A DNA stretch of 64,000 nt from an uncultured Gemmatimonadales bacterium. GTDB lineage: Bacteria; Gemmatimonadota; Gemmatimonadetes; Gemmatimonadales; Gemmatimonadaceae. This document shows positions 41,042 through 50,633 of the stretch, in pieces (positions within the stretch are counted from its first letter, which is position 1; the number at the start of each line of letters is the position of its first letter). Both the position numbers and the translations under genes were made by a program. The DNA is taken from assembly GCA_963850905.1 (NCBI GenBank), contig CAWKMU010000003.1:2240001-2304000 (forward strand), read 5' to 3'. The notes under the pieces were generated by a model. It ran no database searches. It saw only the letters and a program-made list of their open reading frames with translations, and had not been told where the DNA came from.

Positions 41042-42312
41042 AATCCAGCGCCCAGCCCGCCGCTCCCGCTGCGGCTTTCCAGCGACCGCGATCGGCCGAG
41101 ACCGCGGAGACGCCCCAGTCGATCGCGCACGCGGGCGACGTGTTCACGAAGGCCCAACAGTTCACTCGTCTGCGCGAAGTGCAGGCGATGGGGCTCTACC
41201 CGTATTTCGTGCCAGTGCACGCCTCGGGCTCGACCGAAGTCATCATCAACGGCAAGCGCGGCGTGATGGTCGGCTCGAACAACTACCTGGGCCTCAGTCA
41301 CGACCCACGGGTGGTGGCGGCTGCCCAGGACGCGATCACCAAGTACGGGACCGCGTGTACCGGTAGCCGCTTCCTGAATGGCAACACGGAGTTGCACGAG
41401 ACGATCGAGTTCCGCCTGGCGAAGTTGACCGGGAAAGAGGCGGCGCTCGTCTTCTCCACCGGCTTCCAGACCAACCTCGGCGTGATTTCGGCGCTCGTCG
41501 GTCGCGACGATGCGGTGTACATCGATAAGCTCGACCACGCGAGCGTCGTGGACGGGTGCCGTCTGGCGGCCGGCGACACTGTCCGCTTCCGGCACGGCGA
41601 TCTCGACGAGCTCGAGACGAAGCTGCGCCATGCCCGTTCAGGCGGGAAGTTGATCGTCGTGGACGGCGTGTTCAGCATGGAAGGCGATATCGTCGATCTG
41701 CCGCGGGTGGTCGAGCTCAAAGAGCGCTACGGCGCCCGGCTGGCTGTCGACGATGCCCACGCGATCGGCGTGTTGGGAGCGACGGGTGCCGGCACGGCGG
41801 AGCATTTCGGCCTGACCGACCAGGTCGATCTGATTATCGGCACGTTCAGCAAGTCGTTCGCATCGATCGGCGGCTTTGTAGCGGGTGAACAGGTCGTGAT
41901 CGACTACCTCAAGCATCACGCGCGTGCGTTGATCTTCAGTGCGTCGATGCCCCCGTCCGCCTGCGCCGCCGTTTTGGCGAGCATCGACATCCTCGAGCAG
42001 GAGCCCGAACGCCGGCTCGCGCTGTGGAAGAACGCGGCTCGCATGCAGGAAGGGCTGCAATCGCTCGGATTCGACACCTGCGGGAGCGAGACACCGATCG
42101 TGCCGGTAGTGATCGGCGATGATCTGCTGACGTTCGAGTTCTGGCGACAGCTGTACGACAACGGGGTGTTTGCCAACCCGGTGGTCGCGCCCGCCGTGCC
42201 GGCTCATGCCGCGCGGATTCGAACGTCCTACTCGGCGACGCATACGCCGGAGCAGCTCGACTTCGTGCTCGACGTCTTCGCGCGGGTCGGGAAGGGGCTG
42301 GGGGTCATCTGA
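41038..42312 (+). CDS. spt: Serine palmitoyltransferase-like alpha-oxoamine synthase
   Basis: LYPYF, MVGSNNYLGL, GSRFLNG, FSTGFQTNLG, DHAS, DDAH and GTFSKS (PLP Lys); next to bCerS- and CerR-like genes. Confidence 0.75.
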   Translation: MKSSAQPAAPAAAFQRPRSAETAETPQSIAHAGDVFTKAQQFTRLREVQAMGLYPYFVPVHASGSTEVIINGKRGVMVGSNNYLGLSHDPRVVAAAQDAITKYGTACTGSRFLNGNTELHETIEFRLAKLTGKEAALVFSTGFQTNLGVISALVGRDDAVYIDKLDHASVVDGCRLAAGDTVRFRHGDLDELETKLRHARSGGKLIVVDGVFSMEGDIVDLPRVVELKERYGARLAVDDAHAIGVLGATGAGTAEHFGLTDQVDLIIGTFSKSFASIGGFVAGEQVVIDYLKHHARALIFSASMPPSACAAVLASIDILEQEPERRLALWKNAARMQEGLQSLGFDTCGSETPIVPVVIGDDLLTFEFWRQLYDNGVFANPVVAPAVPAHAARIRTSYSATHTPEQLDFVLDVFARVGKGLGVI

Positions 42313-42349
42313 GCGGTCGACGCGCCGGGCCTCTCCGTCGGAGGCTCCG

Positions 42350-43477
42350 CTGATCGACGTCGCCCCAGTCCGCTCCGGTGCAGAGCGGCGGGAGTTTATA
42401 GAGCTGCCATACCGGCTCTATCGCGATGATCCGCTCTGGGTGCCGCCGCTGCGGCGCGACGTGGCAGATCTATTGAACCCCCGCCATCCCTTTCATCAGC
42501 ACGCGCAGGTCGAGCTATTCCTCGCGCGTGACGATCGGGGACGCATCGTCGGCCGGATTGCTGCTGCAAAGAACGACGCCCATCTGGCTCAGCATCACGA
42601 CGGCGCGGGATTCTTCGGCTTCTTCGAGACGGAGCGAGATCCCGCCATCTCACCGACGATGTTCGACGCGGCCGCCACGTGGCTGCGTGAACGTGGCCTG
42701 ACCGTCATGCGCGGACCCGCCAGCTTTTCGGTGAACGAGGAGTGTGGGCTGTTGGTCCGCGGGTTCGATACGCCTCCTGCCCTCATGATGCCTCACAATC
42801 CGCCGTGGTACGCGGACGTTATCGAGGGCTATGGCTTCGCCAAGGCGAAAGACCTGATTGCGTACTGGCTACCTGATGCGCAGGTGCCCGAGCGCGTGGA
42901 ACGCGTGGCTGACGCGCTCGCGAAGCGGCATGAGATCGTGATTCGTCCGCTCAACATGAAGGATTTCGACGCCGAGGTTGCGCGCATCCGGTCACTGTAC
43001 AACGAGGGGTGGCAGGCGAACTGGGGCAACGTCCCAATGACGGATGCCGAGTTCACGCACATGGCGAAGCAGTTCAAGCCTGTCGCGGTGCCTGGAATGG
43101 TGCTCTTCGCTTATGTCCGAGGCAAGCTCGCTGGGTTCGCCTTGGCCCTGCCTGACTTCAACGTCGCGTTGCGCCACATGAAGGGCCGCCTCCTCCCCTT
43201 CGGGTGGGCGCTCGCTCTGTGGTACCAGCGAAAGATTGACCGGGGCCGCGTACTGACCCTCGGCGTGTTGCCGCAGTTTCAACGGACCGGCGCTGCCGAT
43301 CTCCTCTATCTCACGCTCATCAAGAACGCGAAGGCCAAAGGATTCGTCTGCGGCGAGGCGTCGTGGATTCTCGAGGACAACGCGCTCATGCGGGTGCCGA
43401 TCGAACGGGTGGGCGGCGAGGCGTACAAGACGTACCGCTTGTACGACAAGGCGATCGGAGCTCCGGCATCGCGTTGA
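42350..43477 (+). CDS. Bacterial ceramide synthase-like GNAT protein (bCerS/YghO family)
   Basis: FI.LPY.LY..DP.WVPPL, GRI, FGFFE, RGP, GLLV.GFD.PP...MPHNP.WY, W..NWG.VP and SWILEDN motifs. GGAGG at 42340-42344 precedes an in-frame CTG at 42350. Confidence 0.75.
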   Translation: MIDVAPVRSGAERREFIELPYRLYRDDPLWVPPLRRDVADLLNPRHPFHQHAQVELFLARDDRGRIVGRIAAAKNDAHLAQHHDGAGFFGFFETERDPAISPTMFDAAATWLRERGLTVMRGPASFSVNEECGLLVRGFDTPPALMMPHNPPWYADVIEGYGFAKAKDLIAYWLPDAQVPERVERVADALAKRHEIVIRPLNMKDFDAEVARIRSLYNEGWQANWGNVPMTDAEFTHMAKQFKPVAVPGMVLFAYVRGKLAGFALALPDFNVALRHMKGRLLPFGWALALWYQRKIDRGRVLTLGVLPQFQRTGAADLLYLTLIKNAKAKGFVCGEASWILEDNALMRVPIERVGGEAYKTYRLYDKAIGAPASR

Positions 43478-43489
43478 TCACCCGCGCCC

Positions 43490-44470
43490 GTGAATGATGT
43501 GCAGCCAGTCGAGGCGGTCGTCACGGGCGCGACCGGGTTTGTCGGCAGCCATCTGGTCGAGGCGCTCCTCGCTCGCGGTGATCGAGTCCGATGCCTGACG
43601 CGCCCCACGAGCGACCGTCGTTGGCTCCCGCCGCAGGTCACGCAGATTCCCGGTAGCCTGGACGACGTCGACACACTCGCGAAGGCGGTCGCCGGCGTCG
43701 ACGTGGTCTACCACTTGGCGGCCGTCACCTCGACCGCACACCCCGCGGACTACGACCACACGAACCGCGGCGGGGTCGTCCGCCTCCTCACAGCGCTCGC
43801 CGCGCGGGCGCCTGCCGCCCGGCTCGTGTTCTGCTCCAGTCTCGCCGCCGGAGGCCCAGCCCGCGCGGGACGTCCGCTAACGGAAACCGATCCACCGTCG
43901 CCCGTCGGTCCCTACGGCGTCTCGAAGGCTCGGGCTGAGCAGGAGATCGCAACGGCTCGCATCGACGCGGTGATCATCCGCCCTCCGGCCGTCTATGGTC
44001 CCCGTGACCGCGATGTGCTCGCGGCGTTTCGCCTGGCATCGCGTGGTCTTGCGGTGCGGACTGGCCCGCCCGCGCAGCAGCTCGCGCTGGTGCACGTGGC
44101 AGACCTGGTGCGCGCGCTCGTGAGCGCAGGCTACACACCTCGTGCGAACGGCCTCTATTACGTGAACGGCGGAAATCACAGCTGGGAGGACATCGTCTCC
44201 GCAATGGGCGATGCGGTCGGGCGGCGCCCTCGCGTCATCCCGGTGCCGGCGCCGTTCGTGCGCGGTGCCGGGCACGCCGCCCGGATCTGGGCGCGCATCA
44301 CGGGCGCAAAACCGTTGCTGACCCCGGAACGCTCGTGGGATCTCGTCCAGCAATCCTGGACATGTGATGATGCCCGCGCGCGCGGCGACCTGCACTACCA
44401 ACCACAGGTCGGACTCGCCGAGGGAATGCGCGTGACCGCTGCGTGGTATCGCGAGCAGGGCTGGCTCTAG
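43490..44470 (+). CDS. NAD-dependent epimerase/dehydratase-family SDR (candidate ceramide reductase CerR)
   Basis: TGATGFVG, YHLAA, SSLAA, YGVSK and RPPAVYGPRD motifs; third gene of the spt operon. Confidence 0.8.
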   Translation: MNDVQPVEAVVTGATGFVGSHLVEALLARGDRVRCLTRPTSDRRWLPPQVTQIPGSLDDVDTLAKAVAGVDVVYHLAAVTSTAHPADYDHTNRGGVVRLLTALAARAPAARLVFCSSLAAGGPARAGRPLTETDPPSPVGPYGVSKARAEQEIATARIDAVIIRPPAVYGPRDRDVLAAFRLASRGLAVRTGPPAQQLALVHVADLVRALVSAGYTPRANGLYYVNGGNHSWEDIVSAMGDAVGRRPRVIPVPAPFVRGAGHAARIWARITGAKPLLTPERSWDLVQQSWTCDDARARGDLHYQPQVGLAEGMRVTAAWYREQGWL

Positions 44471-44486
44471 GGCCGCGGTTGCTTCC

Positions 44487-45533
44487 TCACGATTCCGTCG
44501 GGCTACCGCGGGCTGGCTGCGGCTTGGTCGGTTGGCCGCGTTTGAGTACCAATGCCACGGTGAGACCGATCCCGATCCAGGCCAGCTCCCGGAGCCGCGT
44601 GATCACGCCGGTATAAACTCCCAGTGCTGGTGACAGCCCCAGCAACGAGTACGCGAAGGTGATGCCGCCTTCTCGAGATCCGAGCTCGAAGGGCACGAAG
44701 ATGAACAGGATGATGGCCAGCTGCGAGATCGCACCGATGAGAAAGGCGGTGGCGTAGCTGATGCGAAGGCCTTCAGTGTGTGCGACGATGTAGAACTCGA
44801 GCATCGCGATACATCGCCCGAGGACCTCGAACAGCACCGCCACGATGAGGCGAGGTCGCTCGCCAACCGTCAGTTCCGCCATCTGCTCATCGATGTGCGC
44901 GAGCGTATGACGAAAGCGTTCGGCGCGCGGCGCCAGACGTCGGAGCAGTGGGAGGTGGTGGAGTGCGTCGAGCGCTCGCTCCACGAATCCATGGCGAAAG
45001 AGGAGGAGGAGGAAACAGCACACCCCGATGAGCACGAGCCCCGTCACGAGCAGCACCACCCGTACGGCCACCGTGTGCGGCAGCAGGATCCACCCGATGG
45101 GAAGTGCGAGGAGCCAGAAGATCATCTGTCCGAGGGTGTGCGTCACCCGGAAGCTGACAACCGAGGCTGCCGCGCGGTCGGGTCCAATCCAATCGGCGGC
45201 TTGCGCGAGCTTGAGCGGCTCGCCCCCGAGCGCCACAAAGGGCGTCGCGTAGTTGATCGCGAAGCTCGCGACGCTGATGGCGTACGCCTGAAGAAAGGGG
45301 ATGCGATCGTGGGTTCCGCCGCGGCCTTGTCGGGCGGCCGTCGCACCGATGAGCGCGGACCACGCGATCGTATTGCTGACGTACACGACGGCCCAGACAC
45401 CCACGATGGCCAAGAACGCCCATCGGGCATGCTGCAAGGTCGCGATGAGGCCACCGACACCGGCCTGTAGGACCAGGACGACGAAGAAGATGAGACCCGC
45501 GACGAGAATGAGCAGTCGCGCCGCGCGGCTCAT
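44487..45533 (-). CDS. Lysylphosphatidylglycerol synthase TM / flippase-like membrane protein
   Basis: Multi-TM protein; INYATP...GGEP.K, P..LG.REGG and R.REL.W motifs. Confidence 0.82.
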   Translation of the reverse strand: MSRAARLLILVAGLIFFVVLVLQAGVGGLIATLQHARWAFLAIVGVWAVVYVSNTIAWSALIGATAARQGRGGTHDRIPFLQAYAISVASFAINYATPFVALGGEPLKLAQAADWIGPDRAAASVVSFRVTHTLGQMIFWLLALPIGWILLPHTVAVRVVLLVTGLVLIGVCCFLLLLFRHGFVERALDALHHLPLLRRLAPRAERFRHTLAHIDEQMAELTVGERPRLIVAVLFEVLGRCIAMLEFYIVAHTEGLRISYATAFLIGAISQLAIILFIFVPFELGSREGGITFAYSLLGLSPALGVYTGVITRLRELAWIGIGLTVALVLKRGQPTKPQPARGSPTES

Positions 45534-45542
45534 CGGCGTGTG

Positions 45543-46625
45543 TTAGTCGAGGGTGACTCGGGTGCCGGTCGCGGCGGCGGTGTACGCGGCCTCGAGCACG
45601 CGCGCGACGCGGTCGATTTCATCGAGCGCTTCCGGGGCGCCGCCCCGGTCGAGGGCATCCGCGAAGGTTCCGAAGAGCGCGGCAAACCAACCGGCGTAGG
45701 ATCGTTTGTCCAGCTGCGATGAGAAATCGAGTGGCTCGCCCGGGTGCCCGGCGCGTTCCAGGGTGAGGACCCCACCCTGCCAGTCGATGCTGCCCCGATC
45801 GCCGATGAATCGCACGCGATTCTCGCGGTGTGTGGCGGCCCACGTCAACATCATCGTCGCGATGCGGTCTGGAAACTCGATGATGAGCTCCGCCGTGTCC
45901 TCAACACTATACTCACGATGGCGCAACCGGCCGGTCCATGCACGAACAGCCGTGGGCATCGCACCGGCCGCGTCGAGCAGCGAATACAGCAGGTGTGTGC
46001 CGTGGTCGAGCAGGATCCCGCCGGCTCCCTCGGCCGCGACTGTGCGCCACGGGCGCGCCGCTTCGCTGCGCCCCGCATCCGCCGCAGGGCGATACACCGA
46101 GAGTTCGGCGAGGTGCCAGTGCCCAATCACACCGTCGCGCAGCCAGCGTTGCATCTGTTGCCAGGCTGGGTTGAAGCGGTGCTGATGACACGGTATCACG
46201 ATGCGCTGTGCCCGACGGGCAGCCACCGCGATCGCACTTGCCTCGGCGCGTGTGGTCGCGACTGGCTTCTCGCACAACACGTGCAGCCCATTGTCCAGGG
46301 CCCATAACGTCGTGGCGAGATGGAGACCGGTCGGCGTGCATACGTCGACGAAATCGATCGGGGCAAACGCGTTCAGGCCTCCCCGATCCGGGATGACCGG
46401 GATATCCGCGTCGCCCTGCGCACCCGGGGCCGGGTCGACCGCGACCACGATCGCCAGCCGCTCTCGCAGGCGAGGATCCTGGCGCGCGCCCGGAAGGTGG
46501 GAGTTGCGCGCCACCCCTCCAAACCCGATGAGCGCCCCACGGTACACGTCGCGCGTTACCGCCGAACGGTGAACCGCCCCGCTGCGCGGCGCGGGCGCGG
46601 ACGCGCCCGCGACGGCATCACTCAC
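45543..46625 (-). CDS. Gfo/Idh/MocA-family oxidoreductase (inositol-dehydrogenase-like family)
   Basis: IGFGGVA, VCTP..LH, HVLCEKP and GGILLDHGTH motifs; GTG at 46625 overlaps the upstream stop. Confidence 0.86.
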   Translation of the reverse strand: MSDAVAGASAPAPRSGAVHRSAVTRDVYRGALIGFGGVARNSHLPGARQDPRLRERLAIVVAVDPAPGAQGDADIPVIPDRGGLNAFAPIDFVDVCTPTGLHLATTLWALDNGLHVLCEKPVATTRAEASAIAVAARRAQRIVIPCHQHRFNPAWQQMQRWLRDGVIGHWHLAELSVYRPAADAGRSEAARPWRTVAAEGAGGILLDHGTHLLYSLLDAAGAMPTAVRAWTGRLRHREYSVEDTAELIIEFPDRIATMMLTWAATHRENRVRFIGDRGSIDWQGGVLTLERAGHPGEPLDFSSQLDKRSYAGWFAALFGTFADALDRGGAPEALDEIDRVARVLEAAYTAAATGTRVTLD

Positions 46626-47616
46626 CGCCAATGGCGCGAGCGGGAGCCGCCGGGGAGGCGGACCGGGTGCGATCCAAGACACGCAGCGCGTTGTCCGCCC
46701 CGCGTTCCTGCGCGTGAATCAGCCAGAGCAAGATCGCGTTCATCGGTGCGATGGTCATCCACAGCAAGCCGGCCGGCCATCCGGCAACTGCAGTGACGCC
46801 CAGAATGATGAACCGGAAGTTCTGACCGAGCCACGCGCAGTGTCTGAGCAGCGGCGCGACCTCGGCCCGGTAGTAGCCGGCGGCCGGTCCCCGACCCTCT
46901 TGCCGCGTGGCGCGCAGCAGCGCGACGGTGCGGGGAAACATGCTCGCCTGTCGACGGTTGTACGTCTCGTATATCCGTACGCCGACGCGACGCAGCCACG
47001 ATCCGTTGCCGAACTGCCTCGTCGCGCCTTCCATATCGAGCTCGCTGCCCCGTCCGACGGCCAACGCCAGGAAAGCGTGGCGGATGAAGTCGATCGCCGA
47101 GCTCTGAAAGGACTGGCTGACCGCTGCCGCAGTGACCAGTGCAGTCGCCCCGAGCCAGCTCCAGTGCTGCGCCAGGACGAGGCGAATGAGCAGGTGCACG
47201 GCTAGATTGATGAACCGCGCGGCGTCCGAGGTGCCATCCAGGATGCGACCGAGTGGCGTCGACGTCCCCCGGAGGCGTGCAAGCTGCCCATCAGCGCTGT
47301 CAAAGATGTCGGAGATGATGAAGAGCACGAACCCGGTCGCATTGAGCCAGGGACTCGCGTACACGAACAGATGGCCGGCGACGAGGCCAATGAGGAGACT
47401 CAGGAACGTGACCTGATCCGCCGTGACCCACGTCCGCGACAACCGGTGCGCGATGCGGGCACCGATGGGGCGGAAGAAGTGAAGATCGAGCCACTCCTCG
47501 ACCTCGTCGCCCTTCGTCGCGAGGGGATTGGCGCCCGGACCGGGTAACCGCGGGTCTGGGCGGGTATGAAGCGCGGGGCGGCGGGACCGGCCCGACGCCG
47601 TCGAGCAATGCGTCAT
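46618..47616 (-). CDS. CDP-alcohol phosphatidyltransferase
   Basis: Signature DSADGQLARLRGTSTPLGRILDGTSD; EE..D..FFRP; TM helices. Confidence 0.92.
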   Translation of the reverse strand: MTHCSTASGRSRRPALHTRPDPRLPGPGANPLATKGDEVEEWLDLHFFRPIGARIAHRLSRTWVTADQVTFLSLLIGLVAGHLFVYASPWLNATGFVLFIISDIFDSADGQLARLRGTSTPLGRILDGTSDAARFINLAVHLLIRLVLAQHWSWLGATALVTAAAVSQSFQSSAIDFIRHAFLALAVGRGSELDMEGATRQFGNGSWLRRVGVRIYETYNRRQASMFPRTVALLRATRQEGRGPAAGYYRAEVAPLLRHCAWLGQNFRFIILGVTAVAGWPAGLLWMTIAPMNAILLWLIHAQERGADNALRVLDRTRSASPAAPARAIGGE

Positions 47617-49004
47617 GCCCCGATCCGCTCCGCCGTTTCCTGCAGGACCTGCTTCATCGTTGCAAGCGCTTCCATCGCCTCAGCCTCGCGGATGACCAGC
47701 GGCGGATTGATCCGCACCTCTGGATTGTAGATCATCGCCAATACCCCGCGACTCAGCAGCGTGTCGAAGATCCACCGCGTCTGATCCTTGGGCAGTAGTC
47801 GGTCGGTCCCTGGAACGACCAGATCCATCCCGATCATGAGACCGCGCCCGCGCACGCCGTGCACGATGGGGATCGTCCGTTCCCACGATTTCATCTCGGC
47901 GAGCATTCGCGCACCGAGGGACCGACTGTGCTCGACCAGTCCTTCCTCGAGAATCGTCTCGATGGCCACGCGCGCAGCCGCGGCGGCGAGCGGGTTGCCG
48001 CCATAGCTCGACGAGCTCCCGCTCGGATTGGCCCACGGCTTCGCGTGGGCCACGGTCTCGCGGGCGATCAGTCCGGTCATCGGGAAGCCGCCGCCGAATC
48101 CCTTGCCGATCGTCATGATATCGGGCACGATCGCGTCATGCTCGACCGCGAACATGGTGCCGGTGCGACCGAATCCCGTGAGCATCTCGTCCGCGATGAG
48201 CACTGCACCGATCTTGTCCGCGAGTGCCCGGAGGACGCGCAGATAGCCGGGCGGTGGCACGATGTTCCCGGCGGTACCCTGAATCGGTTCGACGATGATC
48301 GCCGCGACGTCGTTCGTCGTCTCGAGCTCGATCTTGCGACGGAGAAACTCGACGCAGTGCCACTCGCACGACGGGAACGTCTTGTCGAAGGCACACCGAG
48401 CGCACGACGCGTACGGCGCGCTGTACTCTCCCGGCATGAGCGGCCCGAGCGCGTGCTTGAAGTTCGATCCGAGCAAAGGGAGCACGCCCGCCGTCTTGCC
48501 GTGAAACCCGCCCCAGAAGCCGATGACCTCGGTCTTCCCCGTATAGGACTTTGCCAGCCGCAACGCGGATTCGACCGCTTCCGCTCCGCTGCTGTACAAC
48601 TGAGTGCGCGAGAGGTCGCCGGGCGTCACCTCGGCGATCAGCTTGACGAGCGCCGCGCGGTTCTCCGACGTGAAGCTGCCGACGTGGATCCGCGCCACCT
48701 GCCGCTGGACCGCGGCAACAAATTTGGGGTGGGCGTAACCCAGGCTCGCCACGCCGACGCCTGCGAGCAAGTCGATGTACCGCTTGCCGTCCACGTCAAC
48801 CAGCACCGCCCCCTCGCCGTGGTCGATGCACAGCTTGCTGAAGAGCGCGACGCTCTGGGTGCCCGGCGCGAGGAACTCCGCCTCAGCATCAAACAGGGCT
48901 ACGGACCGGGGACCGGCGGCACGCGGCGGTGTGGGCGGGGTCGTCGGGCGAAGTCGGGGCTCGGCGAGCGCCGTCGGTTGCTGCGTCACGTTGCGGATAC
49001 TCAA
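47613..49004 (-). CDS. Class III PLP-dependent aminotransferase
   Basis: G....D.DG..YID, SSGAEAVE, FHGKT, EPIQG, DEMLTGFGRTG, GKGFGGGFP, YGGNP and RGRGLMIG motifs. Confidence 0.92.
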   Translation of the reverse strand: MSIRNVTQQPTALAEPRLRPTTPPTPPRAAGPRSVALFDAEAEFLAPGTQSVALFSKLCIDHGEGAVLVDVDGKRYIDLLAGVGVASLGYAHPKFVAAVQRQVARIHVGSFTSENRAALVKLIAEVTPGDLSRTQLYSSGAEAVESALRLAKSYTGKTEVIGFWGGFHGKTAGVLPLLGSNFKHALGPLMPGEYSAPYASCARCAFDKTFPSCEWHCVEFLRRKIELETTNDVAAIIVEPIQGTAGNIVPPPGYLRVLRALADKIGAVLIADEMLTGFGRTGTMFAVEHDAIVPDIMTIGKGFGGGFPMTGLIARETVAHAKPWANPSGSSSSYGGNPLAAAAARVAIETILEEGLVEHSRSLGARMLAEMKSWERTIPIVHGVRGRGLMIGMDLVVPGTDRLLPKDQTRWIFDTLLSRGVLAMIYNPEVRINPPLVIREAEAMEALATMKQVLQETAERIGA

Positions 49005-49900
49005 GCGGGAGAGTGGGACAGATGGGACGCGGCGTAGGCCGCGATATGACGGGCGGCTTCCGCGCGGAAGGGCGCGAAACTCGGCCAGTCGTTGAGATCG
49101 ATCAGCACCGGCTCATCACGTGCCGGCAAGGCGACATCGCCGCCAAAAACATCGAGTCTCAGCTCCTGCGCCGCCGCGAAAGCTAGCGCGCGCAAACGCT
49201 CCTCGTCGACGTCGGGACGTGGACCGCCGGGACCGGCGTCGGCGCCATAATACTGGAAGAACTGCCCGTCGGCGACTCCATAGAACTTGACAACGGGCCC
49301 CGGGACATGCTCCTGCAGCGCAACGCGCGCAATGCCGCGACCCCCGAATGCCGCGATGGCGTGGCGCAGGTCGTCGCGCGTCACCGCGACGACGTCCGCC
49401 GCGCATTCGGCGTGGACATCTCCGCGCTTCACCCAGACTGCCCGCCCGTCGGCTCCGAAGCCATCGAGCTCCGGATCGCCCGCCGTAGCGACGACCGCCG
49501 TGCGTGGAAAGGCGACCCGTCGGTGGGCGAGGATATTCACCAGGCGGTGGCGATGGCACCCGAGCACGCTCGACGGGCGATTGATGAGGCGCACCCCCGA
49601 CGCTTCGGCCTCGAGGAGGCGCTCGGAGGCATCCGGACCCTGGCACATGTTGAGCACGACGTCCGCACCGCGAAGCACATCCGCGGACAGAGTCCCTCGG
49701 ACGACGTCGGACTCGGATGCGCGGGTGGTGAGCCAACCCAGTTCCTCGAGGCACGCGACCGTGGCGTCCAGAATCGCCTCATCGTTCGCGCGGTGTTGAT
49801 TGGGCGAATATGACGGCTGACGGTACAGCGCGACCGCTCGCTGGCCCGTGGCCATCACGGGCTTCGACCCGGGCGAGCCGTCCAAATTGCGCTCACTCAT
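49001..49900 (-). CDS. ATP-grasp-fold protein (inositol tris/tetrakisphosphate kinase-like motifs)
   Basis: WVKRGD, LQEHVPG..VKFYGV, FGGDV and LIDLNDWPSF (DxN metal motif). Confidence 0.7.
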   Translation of the reverse strand: MSERNLDGSPGSKPVMATGQRAVALYRQPSYSPNQHRANDEAILDATVACLEELGWLTTRASESDVVRGTLSADVLRGADVVLNMCQGPDASERLLEAEASGVRLINRPSSVLGCHRHRLVNILAHRRVAFPRTAVVATAGDPELDGFGADGRAVWVKRGDVHAECAADVVAVTRDDLRHAIAAFGGRGIARVALQEHVPGPVVKFYGVADGQFFQYYGADAGPGGPRPDVDEERLRALAFAAAQELRLDVFGGDVALPARDEPVLIDLNDWPSFAPFRAEAARHIAAYAASHLSHSPA

Positions 49901-50633
49901 CCTCTGCCCCGAGCCATGCGTTTGCGAGCTCCAAGTCCTGTCGGCGGTCGACGTCGACGATGCGTGTCACCTCGACCGTCGCGACGCGTGCGCCTTCGTC
50001 GACGAGCCGGCTGAGGAAGCCGCGCATTCGGCTGATGCCTTCACGCCGCGCACGAGCTGCCTCTGCGCGCGCAGCGACGCCGAAGGCGTAGACGCCGCCC
50101 GTCACGCACGGCGGTGACGCGGGCGCGTCGCCGAGGCGTCGCACGATACCTGCCGGGTCGCGCTCGACCCACAACGGTCGTTCGTCGTCGACGAAGGGGG
50201 TGACGGCAAGGACGGCGTCCGCACCGGCGGCGAGCAAGTCGGTCGCCGCCGTGTACACGACATGCCAATCCCGGTTTCGCATCACGGTGTCCACCATCGT
50301 GCAGAACACGTCCCCTGGGGGCACGGTCGCCAACCCGTCGACGAGCGTATGCAGCGAGGATGGCGTGCGGCATAGCACCACACGCACCGCGGTCGACCCG
50401 AGCTCCGCCACCCCATCGAGCAGGGCCCGCATGCCATGCGCCGCGCTCGCGCTGGCGTCCCCGGCGCTGTCGCGCAGCATGCAGGTGATCGTCGGGCAGC
50501 CCAGGTCGTGCAGCGTCCCAACGAGACGTACCAGCTGCGGCCGACCAGCGATCGCGACCGCGGCTTTGGGTCCATCGACGCCGTCGGCGGCAAGGCGCGA
50601 CCCCGTGCCCCCGGCCAGAATCAAGCCATGCAT
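49893..50633 (-). CDS. NTP-transferase (sugar/cyclitol-phosphate nucleotidyltransferase)
   Basis: LILAGGTGSRL....PK, TPSSLH, VDTV, VT.FVDDE.PL.V and DVD...DL..A motifs. Confidence 0.86.
   Translation of the reverse strand: MHGLILAGGTGSRLAADGVDGPKAAVAIAGRPQLVRLVGTLHDLGCPTITCMLRDSAGDASASAAHGMRALLDGVAELGSTAVRVVLCRTPSSLHTLVDGLATVPPGDVFCTMVDTVMRNRDWHVVYTAATDLLAAGADAVLAVTPFVDDERPLWVERDPAGIVRRLGDAPASPPCVTGGVYAFGVAARAEAARARREGISRMRGFLSRLVDEGARVATVEVTRIVDVDRRQDLELANAWLGAEDE

Noticed and set aside
41038..42312. Annotation as BioF or Kbl
   Set aside because: No biotin or threonine dehydrogenase genes are adjacent and the bCerS/CerR-like neighbours favour Spt; not formally excluded without a tree.
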